From Escherichia phage vB_EcoM_G8: a stretch of 64,000 nt of DNA. Below, in pieces: positions 50,082 through 60,085 of the stretch. The translations under genes and the position numbers were made by a program. The stretch lies in sequence record NC_054915.1. One strand, 5' to 3'. The notes under the pieces were generated by a model, which was not told the origin of the DNA, searched no databases, and saw only the letters and a program-made list of their open reading frames with translations. Each line of letters starts with the position of its first letter. Within the stretch, counting starts at the first letter, position 1.

Positions 50082-50707
50082 TATAGTAACTCAAAGAACT
50101 CTTTGAGGCCTCTTATTACGTGAGCATGGGTTTTTCCACACTCTGGACACTTAATTGGAACAGCCAAATAAACGGTAGGTTTTAAAAGCATATCTTTTAT
50201 AGCTACAATATCTGACTCTGTGATGATAGAATATAAATCTTCTAGTTCCTTTTCATTTAAGTCTTCAACTGGAATGCTTTCCCCGTTAGCATGAATCGTT
50301 TCTATACATGATACTATCATGTGGGCTATATTTTTATCATCAAAAATTTTAGGGTATCGTAATTTAATTTTAATGTCACCCAGTGTATACCAGAGGTCTT
50401 CTGGTGCATCTATTTGTGTGTGTAATAGATTTATATGGGTTGGTATTTCAGTTCCACAGGTGCACTTCCAGGAGTTTTCGTGATTAACTTCGCCGAGAGA
50501 ATGTGCCCATAAATGAATCAACAATAGTTCTGATTCTTGGCGGTTTAAATCTTTTGCATTTGTGCAGTCTTTGATTAGCTTTTTAACAACTACTTCTACT
50601 GAACCATTATTTTTGGCAGTAATAAGTTCTAGATATTCTTTAAGCGTGAATGCGCGACAATTGATTATTTTAGAACCAACTCTCACATCAAATTTGTATT
50701 CATACAT
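50081..50707 (-). CDS. 26: baseplate hub protein gp26
   Basis: 208 aa; Cys-rich; size and order. Confidence 0.85.
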   Translation of the reverse strand: MYEYKFDVRVGSKIINCRAFTLKEYLELITAKNNGSVEVVVKKLIKDCTNAKDLNRQESELLLIHLWAHSLGEVNHENSWKCTCGTEIPTHINLLHTQIDAPEDLWYTLGDIKIKLRYPKIFDDKNIAHMIVSCIETIHANGESIPVEDLNEKELEDLYSIITESDIVAIKDMLLKPTVYLAVPIKCPECGKTHAHVIRGLKEFFELL

Positions 50708-50729
50708 ATTTTAGCTCCTTTATTTATCA

Positions 50730-50741
50730 TATTTATAAATA
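50730..50741. promoter_or_regulatory. overlapping divergent late promoters (palindrome TATTTATAAATA) for gene 26 and gene 51
   Basis: TATAAATA on the plus strand 18 nt before gene 51; TATTTATA (minus TATAAATA) about 23 nt before the gene 26 start. Confidence 0.55.
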
Positions 50742-50758
50742 GAATAAAAGGAGCATCT

Positions 50759-51508
50759 ATGGCAAACATTATTCGTTGTAAATTACCAGATGGTGTTCAT
50801 CGTTTTAAACCATTTACGGTAGAAGATTATCGAGATTTTTTGTTAGTTCGAAACGATATAGAACATCGGTCACCACAAGAACAAAAAGAAATAATTACTG
50901 ATTTAATTGATGATTATTTTGGAGACTATCCGAAGACTTGGCAACCATTTATATTTTTGCAGGTATTTGTAGGGTCAATAGGTAAAACTAAAGTACCGGT
51001 CACATTTGTATGTCCAAAATGTAAAAAAGAAAAGACAGTTCCATTTGAAATATATCAAAAAGAATTAAAGGAACCTGTTTTTGATGTAGCTAATGTTAAA
51101 ATTAAATTAAAGTTTCCTTCTGAGTTTTATGAAAATAAAGCAAAGATGATTACTGAAAATATTCATTCTGTTCAAGTAGATGAAACTTGGTATGATTGGA
51201 AGGAAATTAGCGAATCAAGTCAAATAGAACTCGTTGACGCCATCGAGATAGAAACATTAGAACAAATTCTCGATGCAATGAATCCTATTAATTTAACTCT
51301 ACATATGTCATGCTGTAATAAGTACATTAAAAAATACACTGATATAGTAGACGTGTTTAAGCTATTAGTTAACCCAGATGAGATATTTACTTTTTATCAA
51401 ATTAATCACACACTCGTAAAAAGTAATTATAGCTTAAATTCAATAATGAAAATGATTCCTGCTGAGCGCGGATTCGTATTAAAACTGATTGAGAAGGATA
51501 AACAATAA
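50759..51508 (+). CDS. 51: baseplate hub assembly protein gp51
   Basis: 249 aa; size and order. Confidence 0.88.
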   Translation: MANIIRCKLPDGVHRFKPFTVEDYRDFLLVRNDIEHRSPQEQKEIITDLIDDYFGDYPKTWQPFIFLQVFVGSIGKTKVPVTFVCPKCKKEKTVPFEIYQKELKEPVFDVANVKIKLKFPSEFYENKAKMITENIHSVQVDETWYDWKEISESSQIELVDAIEIETLEQILDAMNPINLTLHMSCCNKYIKKYTDIVDVFKLLVNPDEIFTFYQINHTLVKSNYSLNSIMKMIPAERGFVLKLIEKDKQ

Positions 51509-52683
51509 TGAGTATGTTGCAACGCCCCGGATATCCAAATCTCAGCGTTAAATTATTTGATAGCTACGACGCTTGGAGTAATAATAGATTTGTTGAATTA
51601 GCTGCTACTATTACCACATTAACTATGCGGGATTCTCTTTATGGCCGAAATGAAGGAATGCTGCAGTTTTATGATTCTAAAAACATCCATACAAAAATGG
51701 ATGGAAATGAAATAATTCAGATTTCTGTAGCTAATGCAAATGATATTAATAATGTTAAAACACGAATTTATGGATGTAAGCATTTTTCCGTGTCAGTAGA
51801 TTCAAAAGGCGATAACATCATTGCTATTGAATTGGGAACTATTCATTCTATAGAAAATCTTAAATTTGGTAGACCATTTTTCCCTGATGCAGGTGAATCT
51901 ATAAAAGAAATGCTTGGTGTCATTTATCAGGATCGCACATTATTAACTCCAGCGATAAATGCTATAAATGCTTATGTTCCTGATATTCCATGGACTAGCA
52001 CATTTGAAAACTATTTGTCATATGTAAGAGAAGTTGGTCTAGCTGTAGGAAGTGACAAATTTGTATTTGTGTGGCAAGACATCATGGGAGTTAACATGAT
52101 GGACTATGATATGATGATAAATCAAGAACCATATCCAATGATTGTCGGTGAGCCATCTTTAATAGGTCAATTCATCCAAGAATTAAAATACCCATTAGCA
52201 TATGATTTCGTTTGGTTGACTAAATCGAATCCTCACAAACGTGACCCAATGAAAAATGCTACTATCTATGCGCATTCATTTTTAGATTCTTCATTACCAA
52301 TGATTACTACAGGAAAGGGTGAAAACTCTATTGTAGTGTCAAGGTCAGGTGCTTATTCTGAAATGACTTATAGGAATGGATATGAAGAAGCTATTCGTCT
52401 TCAAACTATGGCACAATATGACGGTTATGCTAAATGTTCTACTGTCGGTAATTTTAACTTGACTCCTGGTGTTAAAATTATTTTTAATGATAGTAAAAAT
52501 CAATTTAAAACCGAATTTTACGTTGATGAAGTCATCCATGAATTATCCAATAATAATTCAGTAACTCATCTATATATGTTCACTAATGCAACGAAACTGG
52601 AAACAATAGACCCAGTTAAGGTTAAAAATGAATTTAAATCTGATACTACCACTGAAGAAAGTAGTTCTTCCAATAAGCAATAA
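51508..52683 (+). CDS. 27: baseplate hub protein gp27
   Basis: 391 aa; size and order. Confidence 0.9.
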   Translation: MSMLQRPGYPNLSVKLFDSYDAWSNNRFVELAATITTLTMRDSLYGRNEGMLQFYDSKNIHTKMDGNEIIQISVANANDINNVKTRIYGCKHFSVSVDSKGDNIIAIELGTIHSIENLKFGRPFFPDAGESIKEMLGVIYQDRTLLTPAINAINAYVPDIPWTSTFENYLSYVREVGLAVGSDKFVFVWQDIMGVNMMDYDMMINQEPYPMIVGEPSLIGQFIQELKYPLAYDFVWLTKSNPHKRDPMKNATIYAHSFLDSSLPMITTGKGENSIVVSRSGAYSEMTYRNGYEEAIRLQTMAQYDGYAKCSTVGNFNLTPGVKIIFNDSKNQFKTEFYVDEVIHELSNNNSVTHLYMFTNATKLETIDPVKVKNEFKSDTTTEESSSSNKQ

Positions 52684-53216
52684 AGAAGTTTCTATTCCTA
52701 AAATGGGTCTTAAACACTATAACATTTTAAAAGATGTTAAAGGTCCTGATGAAAATTTAAAACTTCTTATTGATTCTATTTGTCCGAATTTATCACCGGC
52801 AGAAGTTGATTTCGTTTCTATTCATTTATTGGAATTTAATGGAAAGATTAAATCTCGTAAAGAAATAGATGGCTATACTTATGACATTAATGATGTTTAT
52901 GTATGCCAAAGATTAGAATTTCAATGGCTATACTTATGACATTAATGATGTTTATGTATGCCAAAGATTAGAATTTCAATACCAAGGAAACACATTTTAT
53001 TTTAGACCTCCTGGAAAATTTGAACAATTTTTAACGGTGAGCGATATGTTATCTAAATGCTTACTTAAGGTCAATGATGAAGTTAAAGAAATTAATTTTC
53101 TTGAGATGCCAGCATTCGTTTTAAAATGGGCAAATGATATTTTTACAACTTTAGCAATTCCTGGCCCTAATGGTCCAATAACTGGAATTGGCAATATTAT
53201 TGGATTATTTGAATGA
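52628..53216 (+). pseudogene. 28: baseplate hub distal subunit gene 28, disrupted by a 55-bp tandem duplication
   Basis: N-terminal frame stops at TGA 52937-52939 after 103 codons, inside the second repeat copy; the remaining 78 codons are intact in the +1 frame and end at TGA 53214-53216 overlapping the gene 29 ATG. Confidence 0.85.
52871..52980 (+). repeat. perfect tandem direct duplication, 2 x 55 bp
   Basis: Unit GGCTATACTTATGACATTAATGATGTTTATGTATGCCAAAGATTAGAATTTCAAT at 52871-52925 and again at 52926-52980, 55/55 identical. Confidence 0.9.
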
Positions 53217-54985
53217 AAAAGCCACAAGAAATGCAAACGATGCGTAGAAAAGTTATTTCAGATAATAAACCAACACAGGAAGCGGCTAAATCCGCTTCCA
53301 ACACTTTATCTGGACTTAACGATATATCTACGAAATTGGATGATGCTCAAGCTGCTTCTGAATTAATTGCTCAAACTGTCGAAGAAAAATCGAATGAAAT
53401 AATTGGAGCAATTGACAATGTAGAAAGCGCAGTGAGTGATACTACTGCCGGTTCTGAGTTAATTGCTGAAACTGTCGAAATTGGCAACAATATTAATAAA
53501 GAAATCGGTGAATCACTCGGGAGCAAATTAGATAAATTAACAAGTTTACTAGAGCAAAAAATTCAGACAGCTGGAATTCAACAGACGGGAACTAGTTTAG
53601 CCACGGTTGAAAGCGCTATTCCTGTTAAAGTCGTTGAGGATGATACTGCCGAATCTGTGGGTCCTTTATTACCAGCTCCTGAAGCAGTTAATAATGATCC
53701 TGACGCTGATTTTTTCCCTACCCCTCAACCAGTTGAACCCAAACAAGAATCACCAGAAGAAAAACAGAAAAAAGAAGCATTTAACTTAAAATTATCACAA
53801 GCTTTAGATAAATTAACAAAGACAGTTGATTTTGGATTTAAGAAATCCATTTCAATTACTGATAAAATATCAAGCATGCTATTTAAGTACACCGTCAGTG
53901 CTGCTATTGAAGCCGCTAAAATGACTGCAATGATATTGGCTGTTGTTGTTGGAATAGATCTGTTGATGGTTCATTTTAAATACTGGTCAGATAAATTTTC
54001 AAAAGCCTGGGATTTATTTAATACTGACTTTACTAAATTCTCTAGCGAAACCGGAACGTGGGGTCCTTTATTACAGAGCATCTTTGGTTCTATTGATAAA
54101 ATTAAGAAGCTGTGGGAAGCTGGAGACTGGGGCGGATTGACAACAGCTATTGTCGAAGGACTTGGAAAGGTTCTTTTTAATTTAGGAGAGCTTATTCAAC
54201 TTGGAATGGCTAAATTATCTGCGGCAATTCTTCGAGTTATTCCTGGTATGAAGGATACTGCTGATGAAGTAGAAGGAAGAGCACTAGAAAATTTCCAAAA
54301 TACTACAAATGCTTCTCTTAGCAAAGAAGACCAAGAAAAAGTTGCAAATTATCAATATAAAAGAATGAATGGCGATCTTGGTCCAATAGCAAAAGGGCTA
54401 GACAAAATTGCGAACTGGAAAACTCGTGCATCTAACTGGATTCGTGGTGTTGATAATAAAGAAGCACTAACGACTGATGAAGAGAGAGCAGAGGAAGAAG
54501 AAAAATTAAAGCAACTTTCTCCGGAGGAAGCTAAAATTGCTTTAATGAAAGCTAATGAAGCTCGTGCTGCTATGAATCGTTTTGATGAATACGCTAATTC
54601 AGCTGATATGAGTAAAGACTCAACGGTTAAATCAGTTGAAGCTGCTTATGAAGATCTTAAAAAACGGATGGATGACCCGGATTTAAATAATTCACCGGCA
54701 GTTAAAAAAGAACTTGCTGCTAGATTTTCTAAAATTGATGCTACTTATCAAGAGCTCAAGAAAAATCAGCCTAATGCCAAACCTCAAACTTCTGCTAAAT
54801 CGCCAGAAGCGAAACAGGTCCAGGTTATTGAAAAGAACAAAGCACAGCAAGCTCCTGTTCAGCAAGCATCTCCTTCAATCAATAATACTAATAATGTTAT
54901 TAAGAAAAATACTGTCGTTCATAATATGACACCTGTCACAAGCACAACTGCTCCTGGTGTATTTGATGCGACTGGAGTTAATTAA
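53213..54985 (+). CDS. 29: tail tube length determinator (tape measure) gp29
   Basis: 590 aa; Ala/Glu-rich helical; size and order. Confidence 0.9.
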   Translation: MKKPQEMQTMRRKVISDNKPTQEAAKSASNTLSGLNDISTKLDDAQAASELIAQTVEEKSNEIIGAIDNVESAVSDTTAGSELIAETVEIGNNINKEIGESLGSKLDKLTSLLEQKIQTAGIQQTGTSLATVESAIPVKVVEDDTAESVGPLLPAPEAVNNDPDADFFPTPQPVEPKQESPEEKQKKEAFNLKLSQALDKLTKTVDFGFKKSISITDKISSMLFKYTVSAAIEAAKMTAMILAVVVGIDLLMVHFKYWSDKFSKAWDLFNTDFTKFSSETGTWGPLLQSIFGSIDKIKKLWEAGDWGGLTTAIVEGLGKVLFNLGELIQLGMAKLSAAILRVIPGMKDTADEVEGRALENFQNTTNASLSKEDQEKVANYQYKRMNGDLGPIAKGLDKIANWKTRASNWIRGVDNKEALTTDEERAEEEEKLKQLSPEEAKIALMKANEARAAMNRFDEYANSADMSKDSTVKSVEAAYEDLKKRMDDPDLNNSPAVKKELAARFSKIDATYQELKKNQPNAKPQTSAKSPEAKQVQVIEKNKAQQAPVQQASPSINNTNNVIKKNTVVHNMTPVTSTTAPGVFDATGVN

Positions 54986-54993
54986 GGAATAAT

Positions 54994-56088
54994 ATGGCAA
55001 TTGTTAAAGAAATAACTACTGATTTAATTAAAAAGTCCGGTGAGAAAATTTCAGCCGGACAGAGCACTAAATCAGAAGTAGTAACTAAAACATACACTGC
55101 CCAGTTTCCAACTGGGCGTGCTAGTGGTAATGACACTACAGGGGACTTCCAGGTAACAGATCTGTATAAGAATGGATTATTATTTACTGCATACAATATG
55201 TCATCTAGGGATTCTGGAAGTCTTAGATCGATGAGATCTAACTACTCTTCTTCATCTTCGAGTATTTTAAGTACAGCTAGAAACACTATTAGTAGTACAG
55301 TATCAAAACTATCAAATGGATTAATATCAAATAATAATTCAGGAACAATAAGTAAAGCTCCTGTCGCAAACATTCTTTTACCGAGATCTAAATCTGATGT
55401 TGACACATCATCACATAGATTTAATGATGTTCAAGAAAGCCTTATTAGTAGAGGCGGAGGTACTGCTACTGGTGTGCTAAGTAATATTGCTTCAACCGCA
55501 GTATTTGGGGCACTGGAAAGTATAACACAAGGTATAATGGCTGATAATAATGAGCAGATTTATACGACAGCCAGAAGTATGTACGGTGGCGCTGAAAATA
55601 GAACTAAAGTGTTTACATGGGATTTGACTCCACGTTCAACAGAAGATTTAATGGCTATTATTAATATCTATCAATATTTTAACTATTTTTCTTATGGTGA
55701 AACAGGTAAATCTCAATACGCTGCTGAAATAAAGGGGTATTTAGATGATTGGTATCGTTCTACGTTAATTGAACCTTTATCTCCGGAAGACGCAGCTAAA
55801 AATAAAACACTATTTGAGAAAATGACAGCAAGTTTAACGAACGTTCTTGTAGTTTCAAACCCGACAGTTTGGATGGTGAAAAACTTTGGTGCAACATCTA
55901 AGTTTGATGGAAAAACGGAAATATTTGGTCCATGCCAAATACAGAGCATTAGATTTGATAAAACACCTAATGGTAACTTTAACGGATTAGCTATTGCTCC
56001 AAACCTCCCTAGTACATTTACTCTCGAGATTACTATGAGAGAAATTATCACGTTAAACCGTGCTTCTTTATATGCGGGGACTTTTTAA
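54994..56088 (+). CDS. 48: baseplate tail tube cap protein gp48
   Basis: 364 aa; size and order. Confidence 0.88.
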   Translation: MAIVKEITTDLIKKSGEKISAGQSTKSEVVTKTYTAQFPTGRASGNDTTGDFQVTDLYKNGLLFTAYNMSSRDSGSLRSMRSNYSSSSSSILSTARNTISSTVSKLSNGLISNNNSGTISKAPVANILLPRSKSDVDTSSHRFNDVQESLISRGGGTATGVLSNIASTAVFGALESITQGIMADNNEQIYTTARSMYGGAENRTKVFTWDLTPRSTEDLMAIINIYQYFNYFSYGETGKSQYAAEIKGYLDDWYRSTLIEPLSPEDAAKNKTLFEKMTASLTNVLVVSNPTVWMVKNFGATSKFDGKTEIFGPCQIQSIRFDKTPNGNFNGLAIAPNLPSTFTLEITMREIITLNRASLYAGTF

Positions 56089-57011
56089 TGTATTCTTTAG
56101 AGGAATTTAATAATCAAGCAATAAACGCAGATTTCCAACGTAATAATATGTTTAGCTGCGTTTTTGCAACAACTCCATCAACTAAAAGCTCTTCGTTGAT
56201 AAGTTCAATTAGCAACTTTTCTTATAATAACTTGGGCCTAAATTCAAATTGGTTAGGATTAACTCAAGGTGATATTAATCAGGGAATTACCACGCTAATT
56301 ACAGCTGGCACACAAAAACTAATAAGAAAATCAGGAGTCAGTAAATATCTTATTGGTGCCATGAGTCAACGTACTGTCCAGAGTTTATTAGGATCATTTA
56401 CAGTCGGTACATATTTAATCGATTTCTTTAATATGGCGTATAATTCATCTGGATTGATGATATATTCTGTAAAAATGCCAGAGAATAGATTATCCTATGA
56501 AACTGACTGGAACTATAATTCTCCTAATATTCGTATAACTGGGAGAGAATTAGACCCTTTGGTTATTTCATTTAGAATGGATTCAGAAGCTTGTAACTAT
56601 CGTGCAATGCAAGACTGGGTTAACTCCGTTCAAGACCCAGTAACTGGACTACGTGCTTTGCCGCAAGATGTCGAGGCAGATATTCAGGTTAATCTTCATT
56701 CTCGTAATGGATTGCCTCATACTGCGGTGATGTTCACCGGATGCATTCCAATATCAGTGAGCGCTCCTGAGTTATCATATGATGGAGATAACCAAATAAC
56801 TACATTTGATGTTACTTTTGCGTATAGAGTGATGCAGGCTGGAGCAGTTGATAGGCAAGCTGCGCTTGAATGGCTTGAATCTGCTGCTATAAATGGTATT
56901 CAAAGCGTTCTCGGAAATAGTGGAGGTGTTACTGGACTATCTAATTCGCTTTCACGACTCAGTAGACTAGGAGGAACCTCAGGAAGCATTTCAAATATTA
57001 GTATACTATGA
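56088..57011 (+). CDS. 54: baseplate tail tube initiator gp54
   Basis: 307 aa; position after gene 48. Confidence 0.85.
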   Translation: MYSLEEFNNQAINADFQRNNMFSCVFATTPSTKSSSLISSISNFSYNNLGLNSNWLGLTQGDINQGITTLITAGTQKLIRKSGVSKYLIGAMSQRTVQSLLGSFTVGTYLIDFFNMAYNSSGLMIYSVKMPENRLSYETDWNYNSPNIRITGRELDPLVISFRMDSEACNYRAMQDWVNSVQDPVTGLRALPQDVEADIQVNLHSRNGLPHTAVMFTGCIPISVSAPELSYDGDNQITTFDVTFAYRVMQAGAVDRQAALEWLESAAINGIQSVLGNSGGVTGLSNSLSRLSRLGGTSGSISNISIL

Positions 57012-57059
57012 CAGGGATTGTCAATTCGCAGAGTAAAATATTAGGAGCAATATAACAAC

Positions 57060-57088
57060 GGGGACCTTTCGGTCCCCATATTTTTATT
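57060..57088. terminator. terminator hairpin after gene 54
   Basis: GGGGACC-TTTC-GGTCCCC followed by ATATTTTTATTT. Confidence 0.65.
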
Positions 57089-57374
57089 TGCGGAATGAAA
57101 TGAAAGCAGAAACTGAAGCAACTAAACTGTCTTCAATATAAACTTCAATTTTTACCGGAGCTTCTGACTCAAATTTACCTGTTACTACACCCTGAAAAAT
57201 ACTTTCAGTCTGTTCTGGCTTTGAAAAATTTTCAGAAGGAAAAATTCCAAACTTTTTATCTGTTCCGAAAATTTTGATAAATTCATCATAAACTGCTTCA
57301 TTAAAAGCATTATCAGCAGGAATAACGCCTTCAACTACAAGTTCTTGACCTAAAAAGCGTAAAGAAGATTTCAT
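57084..57374 (-). CDS. hypothetical protein (alt.-3-like position)
   Basis: 96 aa ORF downstream of alt. Confidence 0.6.
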   Translation of the reverse strand: MKSSLRFLGQELVVEGVIPADNAFNEAVYDEFIKIFGTDKKFGIFPSENFSKPEQTESIFQGVVTGKFESEAPVKIEVYIEDSLVASVSAFISFRK

Positions 57375-57406
57375 TTTGTGTTCCTCATGTTATGTCAGTA
57401 AGACTA

Positions 57407-57610
57407 CTATAACACAACACGAGGGACTTGTAAACTACATTTTGAACTTTTTAGTACGCGTAATAGGCATGCGTCGATTTTATACTGTTTCATTGTTTGA
57501 AGAGCAGTATCAAAAACAGCATTAATGACACCAATTGGATTTCCACCCAAGTTTTTAAGCTTAACTAATGATAGTTTCTCATTAACACCTATCATTACGA
57601 TATGCATCAT
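57407..57610 (-). CDS. Alt N-terminal-region paralog, part 2 (alt.-2-like)
   Basis: 67 aa; MMHIV...INAVFDTALQTMKQYKIDACLLRVLKS aligns with Alt residues about 63-120. Confidence 0.6.
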   Translation of the reverse strand: MMHIVMIGVNEKLSLVKLKNLGGNPIGVINAVFDTALQTMKQYKIDACLLRVLKSSKCSLQVPRVVL

Positions 57611-57792
57611 TTTATCGCCCGGCTTAACGTTTTATTCGTATCACCGCCAGAGGTGTATGTACAAAATCTAAATCCAGGAAGCACGCTTTCTTCGCCGGCT
57701 TGAATAGCAAAAATTTGTGGTATTTTATGCTTAGGATTTAAGTTAACAGCCGGCGCCGAAGCGCCGTCAAATAATTCTGTAATAAGTTCCAT
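57607..57792 (-). CDS. Alt N-terminal-region paralog, part 1 (alt.-1-like)
   Basis: 61 aa; MELITELFD...NLNPKHKIPQIF...PGFRFCTYTSGGDTN aligns with Alt residues 2-55; 4-nt ATGA overlap with the next ORF. Confidence 0.6.
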   Translation of the reverse strand: MELITELFDGASAPAVNLNPKHKIPQIFAIQAGEESVLPGFRFCTYTSGGDTNKTLSRAIK

Positions 57793-57795
57793 GAT

Positions 57796-59847
57796 TTATC
57801 CTTGAACGAACTTGTAAGGCATGTTTGCAATATCTATGCAAGACGCAATAATTCCAAGAGATGATTCTACTTTCTGTTTAACATTTGATGAAACAAATGA
57901 TGCAAAGTCAACTCTATCTTCTATATCACCTGTCATTGTAACCAATTCACCAGTTTCCATTAAACGGTCACCGTCATAAATTACCGATTCGGTGAGTTCT
58001 TCTGTGGTCATAACTTCAGCTTGAATAAGCTTGTTGTTAGTTCTAACTGTTCCATCGTTGTAAGATGCATCGGTTATTTTATTAACTTTGACCATTAATC
58101 CACGTGGCAAAATGACTTCCATTTCATTTGAAGGCGCTAAACTTCCACCGGGTAAAACAACATTGACCTTATCAGCCCCAGTAATAACCCATCCAATTCC
58201 AACTAAATTATCACTAGAATTTACAAGTCCTTCATCAGTTTTATCAATAGAAACACTTAAACGCTTTTCGTCTGGTAAAACACCCACAGATGAATCAGTC
58301 ATCCAAGTACCAAAAATATTTGGATATAATGATGTTGACACAAAGTTTCTAAAATAAAAAACTCGATTTTTTACCATTGCTTCATATATTGAAGGTAACA
58401 TTCGTTGTGAACGATACAAAGTAATACCTTTTGGTAATCGTTCACCATTTTTAAAGGCTGAATCTAAATTATCAATGGCTTGTTCTATTTCAGGTGCTGT
58501 TAAAATACTTGTACGCTCATCTGGATTATATAATCCCAAAAGAGCATTATTCATGTCTACATATCCTGAACCTACATATTCACGAATTCCGCGTTTTTGC
58601 GCTGGTGTGTATTTAGATGAATCTTTATTTTCGACTATAGGATGTAATGACCATCCAGCGGTAAGAGCATATCCACGTAATTCTCTTCGAATAATCTTTG
58701 TTTTTATTGCATTCCAAGAATTTTGTACTAACTCATTTGCAGCATCTTGGTTTAAATGCGAATGTCTGTTAATATTTCTTTCAAACCAAGCACCTTTATA
58801 TTTTTCTAAAGTATCATCAACTATAGAAGCAATAGTTTCTAAAGTTTTTATTGAAGTAATAGATTCTTTTCGTAATCTTTCTAAAGCTTTATTTTTTATT
58901 TCTGCATTAATAATGGATTCTTTATCTTCAGGAATTATAGAAGCTTCTCTGAATGCCATTCCAGCTGTAACACTACTAAGAGCATTCTCTAATGCAAATC
59001 CTGAAGTAGAAATAACAGTTAATTCATTAGCGTCAGAAATTAAAGGAGCGTCCGCTGGTTTATTTAATTCTGCCGCTGAAGCCTCAAATTTTTGAAACAT
59101 CGGTGTTTCAAATCTAGAAGATTCCAATGACTGACTTTGTGCAATTGCTCTACGGGAAATTTTAACTTTAACGATTACAGCTTGGTCAGAACGTTTATCA
59201 TTTTCTTGTGCAATAGATGCTGCAATTGCCTCATTTTTAGTTACTTGAGCTCCAGTATCTTTATTGATATAAACATCACCGACCTTCGATTCAACTTTAG
59301 TAAAGAGCTCGGTACTAATTTCCGGAACCCCTGGAATGTCTTCTAGTGATACATTTTTGCGATGTATAAGAATATATGCATACTTTTTATCATAATCCCA
59401 GAGTTCCTTAAGAAGGACGTATCTGCCACCTGAACGACTACGGATAAGTCTATCAGCAATAACTTGAATTTGTCGAGCTTGACCGGCGGTTTTAGACTTA
59501 AGAATACGAAGCATACAAGCATCAATTTTATACTGACGCATTGTTTGCATTGCAACAGTAAAAACCGAATTGATATAATTAATTGGGCTTGGACCAAGAC
59601 CTTTCAATTTAGCAATTGAACCTTTAGCGGTTAATGTAAAAGGAACAATATGCATCATTTTATCGCCCATCTTTAAATCACGATTAGTATCACCTCCAGA
59701 TGTATAGGTACATAAACGAAAGCCTGGTTGTTCAATTGCGTCATCAACATGAACTGAAAAAATTTGCGGTATTTTCTTCTTTGGATTTAAGTTTGTAATC
59801 GGAAGAGTAGTATCTTCGTCAAATAATTCTGTAATTAGTTCCATCAT
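57796..59847 (-). CDS. alt: ADP-ribosyltransferase Alt (packaged and injected)
   Basis: 683 aa; size and position between gene 54 and gene 30; N-terminus MMELITELFDEDTTLPITNLNPKKKIPQIF. Confidence 0.85.
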   Translation of the reverse strand: MMELITELFDEDTTLPITNLNPKKKIPQIFSVHVDDAIEQPGFRLCTYTSGGDTNRDLKMGDKMMHIVPFTLTAKGSIAKLKGLGPSPINYINSVFTVAMQTMRQYKIDACMLRILKSKTAGQARQIQVIADRLIRSRSGGRYVLLKELWDYDKKYAYILIHRKNVSLEDIPGVPEISTELFTKVESKVGDVYINKDTGAQVTKNEAIAASIAQENDKRSDQAVIVKVKISRRAIAQSQSLESSRFETPMFQKFEASAAELNKPADAPLISDANELTVISTSGFALENALSSVTAGMAFREASIIPEDKESIINAEIKNKALERLRKESITSIKTLETIASIVDDTLEKYKGAWFERNINRHSHLNQDAANELVQNSWNAIKTKIIRRELRGYALTAGWSLHPIVENKDSSKYTPAQKRGIREYVGSGYVDMNNALLGLYNPDERTSILTAPEIEQAIDNLDSAFKNGERLPKGITLYRSQRMLPSIYEAMVKNRVFYFRNFVSTSLYPNIFGTWMTDSSVGVLPDEKRLSVSIDKTDEGLVNSSDNLVGIGWVITGADKVNVVLPGGSLAPSNEMEVILPRGLMVKVNKITDASYNDGTVRTNNKLIQAEVMTTEELTESVIYDGDRLMETGELVTMTGDIEDRVDFASFVSSNVKQKVESSLGIIASCIDIANMPYKFVQG

Positions 59848-59896
59848 ATCCTCTCTAGTGTTTATTCTATTTATAAAATTAAAGGCCCGAAGGCCT

Positions 59897-60085
59897 TTAG
59901 TAATCTAGTGGTAAGAGAGTACGATATATTTCAAACTTTGGTCCTTTTTCATAGGCATCAAATGTTTCTGTGAATTTATTATAAGCGTATGCATCTACAA
60001 ATTCGAGAATGACTTGTGATACAGAAGTAGAAACATCTCCACCTTCTTTTTGAGCAATGACAATTGTTTCTAAGTAAGCTTTCAT
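59897..60085 (-). CDS. hypothetical small protein
   Basis: 62 aa; 4-nt overlap with the gene 30 stop. Confidence 0.5.
   Translation of the reverse strand: MKAYLETIVIAQKEGGDVSTSVSQVILEFVDAYAYNKFTETFDAYEKGPKFEIYRTLLPLDY

Noticed and set aside
52871-52980. The 55-bp repeat as a CRISPR array or iteron
   Set aside because: Only two abutting identical copies with no spacers, no cas genes, and located inside a coding sequence; it is a tandem duplication.
52871-52980. Programmed translational bypass (gene-60-like) across the duplication
   Set aside because: No stop codon immediately after a take-off codon, no obvious take-off hairpin, and the element is an exact copy of adjacent coding sequence. 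It is kept only as a low-probability alternative in the main finding.
58475-59095. 206-aa plus-strand ORF inside alt
   Set aside because: Lies fully within the minus-strand alt gene; no RBS and no recognisable motif; alt is the supported gene.
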